In this document: positions 55,735 to 64,000 of the stretch, in pieces
How positions within the stretch are numbered: position 1 is the first letter of the stretch
Layout of the letters: each line of letters starts with the position of its first letter
Source: the human T2T-CHM13v2.0 reference genome, Homo sapiens
Strand: one strand, 5' to 3'
DNA length: 64,000 nt
Assembly: GCF_009914755.1 (NCBI RefSeq)
Contig: NC_060929.1
Program-made: the position numbers and the translations under genes
The notes under the pieces: model-generated
What the model saw: only the letters and a program-made list of their open reading frames with translations
Told to the model about the DNA's origin: nothing
The model's database searches: none

Positions 55735-56910
55735 TAGTGATGTCAGCAAGATGGTAGAATAGGATTGTTTGTGCTCATCCCTTTGCAGAAACATCAGTTT
55801 GAAAAACTCAGTGTGCAAAAATACCTTCATAAGAGCTAAGGAATTTAGGTGAGAGATTATAGCACCTGGGTATAATACAGAAATAAGAACAAAAAAATCA
55901 TTGAAGAGATTAGGAATGACAGTTTCAAATTACACATGGCACCCTTTCCCACAGCCTAGCTAGCACAGCACAGAGAAAGATATACTCTGCTTCTGAGTAG
56001 GAGAGTGAAGTGAGCACCAGACTTTGTTGTGGACCTGACCACCAGGCCTGCCCCAATAAAACTGAGTGCCAGCCTTGTGCTCAAGGCTTCAGGTTTTAGA
56101 TTGGCACTTGTGAATTGAGCTTCCAGGCCTTCTCCAATGCTAGACCAGACCCAGCGGCCTCAGGCTCCAGGCCACACCTACAGACTCAGACTCCAGACTG
56201 GGCCTCACAAATCCAGGCACATCATTATCCCTTGCAGACTTAGGCACCAGTCCTGCCTGCCTGAAGGCTCCAACAGCAAGCCTACTCATGATCTCTGAAT
56301 GAGCTGACTGAAGAAGGGCTTTGCTGACCAAAGCCAATCTGTAAAGACCAGAATAAGTACCAGCTTCTTCAAATGTGCAGACACCAATGCATGGCCACAA
56401 AGATCAGAAATAATCAGGGAAACATTATATCACCAAAGGAATAAAATGAAGCTCCAGTAACCTTAAAAATGGAAATGCGTGAACTACCTGATAAATAATT
56501 CAAAATAATCATTTTAGTGAGATATAAGAGAACACAGATAAGCAACTAAATAAAATCAGAAAAGCAAAACACAAATGAGAAGTACAATAAAGAGATATAA
56601 ATCACAAAAAACAAAGCAGAAATTTTAGAACCAAAGAATACAATGCATGAAACAAAAAATTTCATAGCTTCAACAGCAGACTTGATAAAGCATAAGAATT
56701 TGAAATTACTCAGAGAAATAAAAAGAAAAAATTGAAAAGAATAAGGAAAGCCTGTGATGGGACACCAGCAAATGAACCAATATACGTATTATGGGTGTTG
56801 CAGAAGAAGCAGAGAAAAAGAAAGGAGGCAGAAGCTGTTTAAATAAAGATCCCCAGATCTAAAGAAAATGAACATCCAGATCCATGAAGCCCAAGAAATC
56901 CCAAATAGGA
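55735..56910 (+). mobile_element. Older L1M 5'UTR/ORF1 fragment
   Basis: Starts gatgtcagcaagatgg; A-rich ORF1-like tail ending catccagatccatgaagccca. Confidence 0.7.
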
Positions 56911-59369
56911 GTTAAGTTAAATGTGATTTAACTCCAATTGAAGCTTTGACTTCCGTTAACTTGGCTAGGCACTTGCTCACTACTCTCATCTGTCTTGCCT
57001 AATTTTGCTTCTTTTAACTTTTCCTTCAAAAGTAATTCTCATTCATGGAGAGGTTGGAAGCCACTTAAGATTGAATCACCCAGCTTTATCCCTTTTATCT
57101 GTTATCAATGACCCCCTTGCAACACTGACATATTGTTCTTTTTCTAAGTCCTTCCTTCAAGCATTGTCCTCACAGTCCTGTGGTCTTTCATGCTTGCGTG
57201 CCTCACTGCCTTCTAAGTTTTGAACACCCCTGGATAATTCTTAGAGTCTCTTGCTTCTGTTTTGTATTTGTCCTTGAATATGAAGTACTCGAAAAAGAGA
57301 GGAAAGGTCCCACCAAGAGAAGAATTTAAATGTTGTTCCCCCCTTTATGCCAACTCTTTCTTTTGCACACCTAATAAAAACTTCACACGATAAGCTTCCA
57401 TGGAAAGTATTTATTGAACACATACTGTATCTTCAGTTAAACTAGACTTCTTTATTCAGTCCAGCTTTCCCCATGTTGTCCCATTTTCTAAGGTATCCAA
57501 TATTCCATATGGCAAGACCAAAATGAAATAATCTGATACAATTTTCTCTGTATCTGCCCTCCAGTTTCAGTTGTTACTAATACCGGGTAGATGTGTATTT
57601 TCAGAGAAACTTTTGAAGACCTAAATTCCAATCTAAAACAACAACAGTAACAGTGAAAATTGCAGGTATTACGATAAGCTGGTTTATATTGAGATTTGGG
57701 GGAGGGGTGAAGTCATAAAGACAGCAAGATTTTCAGGATCTTTAAAACATCCTATATCCAGTGTGTTTAGGGAATACCCTGATCCTCATTCCTTTGGCTT
57801 ATATAGCATATGCTGTCATCTTCAAAGTGCTTTCATATACTTCATCTCATTAAAACCTCACAAGGTAAAGGAGGTCAGTCATTCTTAACTATGTTTTACT
57901 ATTGTGGAGACCAAAGTTCCCAGAGGCCTGGCAAACTGTCCAAGTTCTCCTGACTTCAGGGATAATCCCCGTTCCTACTATCCTTACTGAGGCCAGCAGG
58001 TGCTCATTGTGTGTTAGAACATGGAATTCTTGGTTGTTTAAGTCATGTGATTTTGCTGAACACTGAGGAGGAGAGCAGGAGCAAGACGCTTGTGTGGGCT
58101 TAAAGGCAGAGATGAGAATTGAGTGAACATCATCCTGGAGCCCATGGGTGTCATGGCAGAGGCAACAGTGCGGAAAGAGGCAACTATTCCAGGAGGCAGG
58201 GGGTATAGAGTGGCATTTTGTAAGAGTAGTAGTCATAAGATATTGATAATAAAATAGAAAAATATTAGTGTGTACAATGAAAAACCCTAAAAACAGAAAC
58301 CATAGTTCTCTAAAAAGTCCTTGATAACATATAATCTAGAGCTGCTACTTCATTTTGTACATTACTCTCCTGTAAAGGAAAACCTGTTTCTTTTTTTAGA
58401 CCCAGAATCTTGGCACAGCAATGGCAATTTCCCAGCATACTCCTTCATTTCTGCAGAGCACTGATTGTTGGAGTACTTTTAATGAAGTCCATTATCATTT
58501 TGGCAGTTCAACAAGACTTCCAGGAGAGAAACAGAGAGCGTGGTTTGGAACAAACACATCCTTGAGCTGTTTTCTATTATTCATACAGGCTACTCAGCAT
58601 TTTTTTTGAAGAAAACTATATTAGAGTAAAAATTAATTGCTATATTAATACATCACTCTTAACAGGTGTAGCTCTGTGGTGTCTGGAAGCTAATAAGCTA
58701 ACTTTCTGAGTGGCATATTTTTTGGGAATCCCTTAGGTCTCCCCTCAATGCAAAAGATACACAAAGAGAGCTAGAGTCAATGCTGGAGTGCAAAAGGAGA
58801 AGCTTTTTGTGGTCTCTGAGGGCTCATTTATCTTCATATCCCCATTGCCTACATAGTACCAAGCACTCTGAATCAACTTTAATTGCACTTACTTCCATTT
58901 GTAATCATGTTTCTATTTTTGCTTATGTGGTTGATATCATGAAGACAAGGATCACGTGCATTTTGCTATGTATCTGTATGCCCTCTGCCTCACAAAATGA
59001 CTTGCCCATGGCTGTCCTTCAATAAATAGATGACCACTAACCATGTAGTGAATAAATACAATTCACTTGCCTGAGTATCATTTATGAAAGTCATACATTT
59101 TTTATTTCAAAATGAAGTTTACCCAATATTGATCCTGTGGTAGCAAGAAAAATCCTCTGGCCATTTCAGGCAGACTAAAATTATGGTCCTATTTTAAATA
59201 TATTTCTTAAAACCTCTTTCCTCATATTTATTTAGTGGAAGTAAGGGAGAAAAGTGATTTGTATTAAAGAAATGTACATAAAGACAGATCTACTTATGAA
59301 TTAACATGCACTGACCAAAGCAGAACGAATGTTTAAAAAGTTGTCAAAATGTTTATCTGAATGTTACAC

Positions 59370-59810
59370 AGAGACTGTTAACTGTCTCTTAAATACATAT
59401 TCTCTCCTTCAATAGCAATTGAAAAGCTTTAGCTAGGCGGCAACATTTCCTTAAAAACTACATTTCCCAGCCTTCCTTGCCATCAAGGAACCATGTGACA
59501 ATGCTCTGGCCTTTAGGATGTGAGCAGAGGCATTGTGTACAACCTCAAGGTCATGCCTATTCAAGTAAAGGAGGCCAACCTCTGCTTCCTTTCACCTCCT
59601 TGTGGACTGGAATGTGGATATTGTAGTGAGTCATTTTGACTTAAGAATAATGGTGTCATTTAGGATGGCAGAAAAGTACTGTAGAAGACCTGTCTCTGAC
59701 ACTGCTGAGTCCGTGTACCAACCAGAACAGCCAAACAAAACCCCTAGAGAGAGAAATAAACTTCTTTATGAATAACGTTTTTAGTTATCCAGGATTAGTA
59801 CTGCAGCCAA
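59370..59810 (+). mobile_element. MLT1 LTR remnant
   Basis: ctacatttcccagccttccttgc...ccatgtgac...gagagagaaataaac. Confidence 0.65.
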
Positions 59811-60197
59811 CTTTGAATTGTCAGCTTGTTGCTAAATGAGATAGCTCCTACTTGTCTCAGAATACTCAATAGAGGTAAGACAGTGATGAAGAGGAGGCTT
59901 ACCAAATTTCCCTTCAAGGGTGCTATTTACTTTTGTAGGGTTTATGTATGTAATAGTGTGTGGAAACTCAAGTTAGTTTACTCTAGTGATGACTCAGCAT
60001 CGTTTTAAGATTGATCTGCCCGTAATCTGACTCTGCAAAATATGTTTTTTATCTTTCAAAAGAATAGATTTGATGTAAAGTGGCAGTTCTTAGGTAAAAC
60101 ATTAATTTTTTTTTCTGTAATGGACAGAATGTTTGATATTGCAAAGATGAGAAACAAGGAAATTAAATAGAAGTACACTCACTATGAATGCCTCTCA

Positions 60198-60655
60198 TGT
60201 AGGACAGTTCTCCAGGTGTCCTTGGACCAACCCATATCTCCCCACTTTCTTGCTTGTAGTTCTCAAAAATAACTGCAGAATGTGCTGAAGATGTAAGATC
60301 CTGAGATGAGGAGAAGCTGGCCAGATTAGCCTAGGCTCTGTTCCAGTCTCCCGCTGGAAACAAGATATCCTTCAATGATTTAGCCCAGAGAGCTCCACGA
60401 CCTTGGTGTATAAAACCCGGGGCAGGCTGTTTTTTGGGGTCAGTTATCTGTGGTACAACTGGGGCATGTGCAGTTGAGAATCCATCTGCTCTGGGCAGCT
60501 TTTCTGAGCCTTGGGGAAATCCTAGGCTTCTGTTTTCTCTTGTAGTCTATCTGTAAGTAATAAAGCTGCTTTATGTAACTTGTTACATGTGAGTGTATTC
60601 TGTCTCATCAGCCTCAATTGAGTTGGTAAGCAGTGCACAGCGAACCTGTTTCACA
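60198..60655 (+). mobile_element. ERVL solo LTR (LTR47-like)
   Basis: TG...CA termini; tgtaggacagttctcc start; TATAAAA at 60409; AATAAA at 60559; degenerate TSD tctca/cttca. Confidence 0.78.
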
Positions 60656-61984
60656 CTTCAAAAAGCTCCCAAAAAGTAATGGAGGTTGAGACCTAGAGGC
60701 TGTGAGTGAAACTTTGTTACCAGAATGTTTTGTGCTTTAACTTTTCTCTTAAAATGTTTGGCCAATTTTAAAAGTCAGATTCTAGACACAAAAATGTTGT
60801 GTTACAGTACAGCCCTGGAAATCTCAATGGCACACAACACATATTTAACTTTTTTGCTCCTGTGTCTTCAGGTCACCTGGGGTGACTCTGCTTGCAGGTC
60901 AGGGTTCAGGTCTGCTTCATGTGTCTCTCATTTTGTGATCAGATACTAATGGTGGCACATTTAAAACTCTGGTTAGACTTGGAGTACAATGTATAGTGAA
61001 TGCCTTTCTTAGTGGGGCAGTGTATTGCACTCTGCCCCAAGAAAGTGGGTATGTAATTTTATAACAGGGATAGAACAAAATCAAAACAGTAATGAAATCT
61101 ACCATAGCAATATCTTAAGATGAATATATTCACATAAAGTTGGGAAATTTTACATAAAAATGTGAATTTTTTAATCTTCTTAAAAATTGGAAGATTTGTC
61201 AACTCTGATGTTATGTTCTCCTGTTGACAAAAACTAGGTGGACCCAAGTGCAGTTTTCTCCCTTCTGATGGGAAATGCTCTTTTGTTTCACTAGAACCCC
61301 CACCACCCTTGATTGCCATTTGCCAGCTCTATTTAATCATCATTTTCATCCTGGCTTCTGGAGGCAGTTCAGCTTGTGACCTACTGTATAGCAGATGGGT
61401 TAGAATGCACAAAAATACCTCAAAACTCTACTGAAAAGCATTAAGAGGCTATAAAAAGGGGCAGATAAATTGCCATGGAAAAACTGTGACAGAGATTATT
61501 TTTGGCTAGTGACAAGTCATTAGGATAGAAAGGGAGACTAGCTGACAGCAATATTTATTAAAGAGAGAAAATTGGAGCTAAGTCTCCAAGTATGGGTAAA
61601 AGTTTGATATATAGCCACAAAGACCTATTCTAAGAGGTGGGCTGCAGCCACTAAAGAATATGTGGAATAGAAGCATTCCCTGAGTGTTAGTACAAGGGCA
61701 ATAATGAGAAAAACTAGGAAGATTAAAAAAACTTTATCAACTTTAAATGGGACTTTTTATTTCATAGTTGTTTAATTGTGTATTATGGCTGGCCATTTCA
61801 ATATTTCAAAGACTCTTAGGGAACACTTCTAGGATTAATTCTTTTAAAAATTTTCCTAAACTGTGTATGGAGACAATATTCAATCTTTCGTAAGTTTTGC
61901 AACCTGTAGGATTAAACAGAAAAGAAAAACATGCATCACAACCTAATTCCTTGTGCCTGCAGTATAGGTGTAAGGAGGTATACA

Positions 61985-62490
61985 CATCAGCGATTGCCAC
62001 AAAATTGTTGATAACAAATCATGTCAAAACTCAGTGGCTTGAAACAATAGCATTTATTTTCAAAGATCTGTAGGTTGACCAAAGTGGCTGAACTGGGAGT
62101 GGTGTGGCTGGATGGTTCTGGTGGTCATGGCTATGTTCACTCATGTGCCTGCAACTCACTGGGCTCACCTGGTGCAAGCTGGGTGGATTTGATTCACGTG
62201 TTTTTCATCCTCTCTCTGGACCAGTGAGTCTTTCCCATGGTGCTGTTGCTTATTTGCATGATTGGACTTGCCCTGTTGCACAAGTTCAATCATGCAGATG
62301 CTCTTCAAGCCACTGCTCACATAATGCCTATTAATATCCCGTTGGCCAAAGTAAGTCACATGTTGGAACTAGAATTGAGATATGAGGGTACCTCTTTCCA
62401 CAATGACAGGGCCCTATGAAGTTACATGGCAAAGGGCATCTTCACAGGAAGCAGTGAAGAGCTGGGAGCATTAATGCAACCTACCACTGA
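61985..62490 (-). mobile_element. MLT1 LTR remnant
   Basis: aaaactcagtggcttgaaacaa...gttggccaaagtaagtcacatg...gttacatggcaaaggg. Confidence 0.7.
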
Positions 62491-62534
62491 GGCCAGATCA
62501 CATGCTTATTCAACATACGCACTGTAGTACACAA

Positions 62535-62690
62535 AACTGAAAAGATCAGTGGTTTTGTAACAAACAGACCTCGATTCACATTTTGGCTCTGCTATTTATA
62601 CGATCAGTTTTGTCATCTCTAAAATGAGGATTGTACTTTTTATGATTGCATGAAGTATTTAGAACCTAGCAGGCACTTAACGAATGGCAG
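62535..62690 (+). mobile_element. MIR fragment
   Basis: ggctctgctattta...tcatctctaaaatgagga. Confidence 0.6.
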
Positions 62691-64000
62691 GTCTCTCCCT
62701 CTGCAAACATTTTTTCTTTCAATTGTCTTTTCATCTTTCTTCATGGGGTTGTTCTTTATTTATCAGACTCATTTAATAATCTCTATCTTTAAATAAATCA
62801 TCACCTAACATTGTTTGGTGACATGAATCAAATACCTAGGACTCTTTAAATTCTACCAGAGAGGTGCAGATGAACATATTCTAAGGCTATCATGCCTCCC
62901 TAGGAAATTAGTTGCTTCAATTATCTTTCAAAACCTGCTTATTGAAACTCTCCTGGCATAAACATTTTTGTCAGAACATGAGTCTAAACTGAGTTAAGAT
63001 AGATTTGTGATTTCTAATGGAAGTCATATAACTCTAAAAGTAAACATGAACCATAGACAAACCACAGAATTTTCTGAACCTGCAGCAGATTGAAGTCTAA
63101 AGTAACAGAGAGCTATGCTGCACCCTGGGAGTGCATAAGGGGATGTGTTTAAAACTAAATTGACATTACAAAACTGGATGGAAACAGATTTTTTGTCAAG
63201 GGATGCATCAAATTCCCCCCAAACAAAAAAAAAATCAGGAATATTTTTATTGCAGAAGAATATAGGCTTTGCAAAGGATGCCAATTTGTGTAGATGAGGC
63301 AGAATGGAAGGATGAGACCAAATGAGTTTTCCACTCAAAATGAAACAAATAATTCTGGGAATAAATATACCCTCTATTGGGTTCCTTAGGACTATTCAAG
63401 ATATTTTCCTTTCCTAGAGCACCTCAATTTTTATTTATTTTCTACAAGTTGAGTGGGAGTGATATAATAACTCTTATGTCAGAGATAAAAATAAACCATG
63501 ACATTTTGTCTAAACTCATCAGCAACTGGAGTGCATTTATGAGCATGGAATAGAGGTCACACAGCTTTGAGGATATTGTGGGTATAATCTGGATAAAGTC
63601 AGTACTAGCTCCTAACGGCTGTTTCTGCAATGTCAGAGTTAAATTGAAAGATGAGAATAAACCTCTAGTGACACTCACTTGAAAAGGGTTACTATTAACT
63701 AATGTGCATATACAATATTAAATCAAATTGAAAGCTATGGAATAGGGAAAATGCACGTGGATTTAGAAGATTCATTTTAGTCTTCACTGGATAAATTCTT
63801 AATTGATTGGTTTTGAGCAAGTTACCAATGGAAATATCTGTCTTACCACTTCTACAGAACTGTTTTGAGTATCAAATGAAAGAAATAATATCTAACAAGA
63901 AAGTTTTTTTAATGTTAAATTCCAGTACATATTTCTTTTAGTTGTGAAAATTCTTATAGTGGAGTGCTCTTCCATTTTCAGGACCTTTTGGACTTGGAGG

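Overview
This window is primate DNA, almost certainly human. It carries the 5' half of MROH2B (HEATR7B2/SPIF, a testis-expressed maestro HEAT-like repeat protein; chr5p13 from recall) on the minus strand. I traced 21 coding exons by hand from the ATG at 35300 down to 3171. All have GT-AG boundaries and join in frame to give 738 codons; the gene continues beyond the left edge. Upstream (about 36-64 kb) is repeat-rich DNA with no recognisable gene: a full-length but inactivated L1PA4-like element, older L1s, MaLR/ERVL LTRs, Alus and MIRs. I found no convincing new multi-gene system. The most notable observations are: (1) an unexplained ~330-bp hairpin in intron 3; (2) a tailless 5'-half tRNA-Gly(TCC) retrocopy; (3) an inverted copy of a THE1/L1 junction in intron 21; (4) an exon 11/12 junction that regenerates an identical 5' splice site inside a hairpin; (5) a CAG codon 191 that differs at two bases from the recalled TGG; (6) a possible L1-to-MROH2B chimeric splice route. 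Repeat subfamily calls come from recalled consensus sequences, and boundaries of old repeats are approximate.
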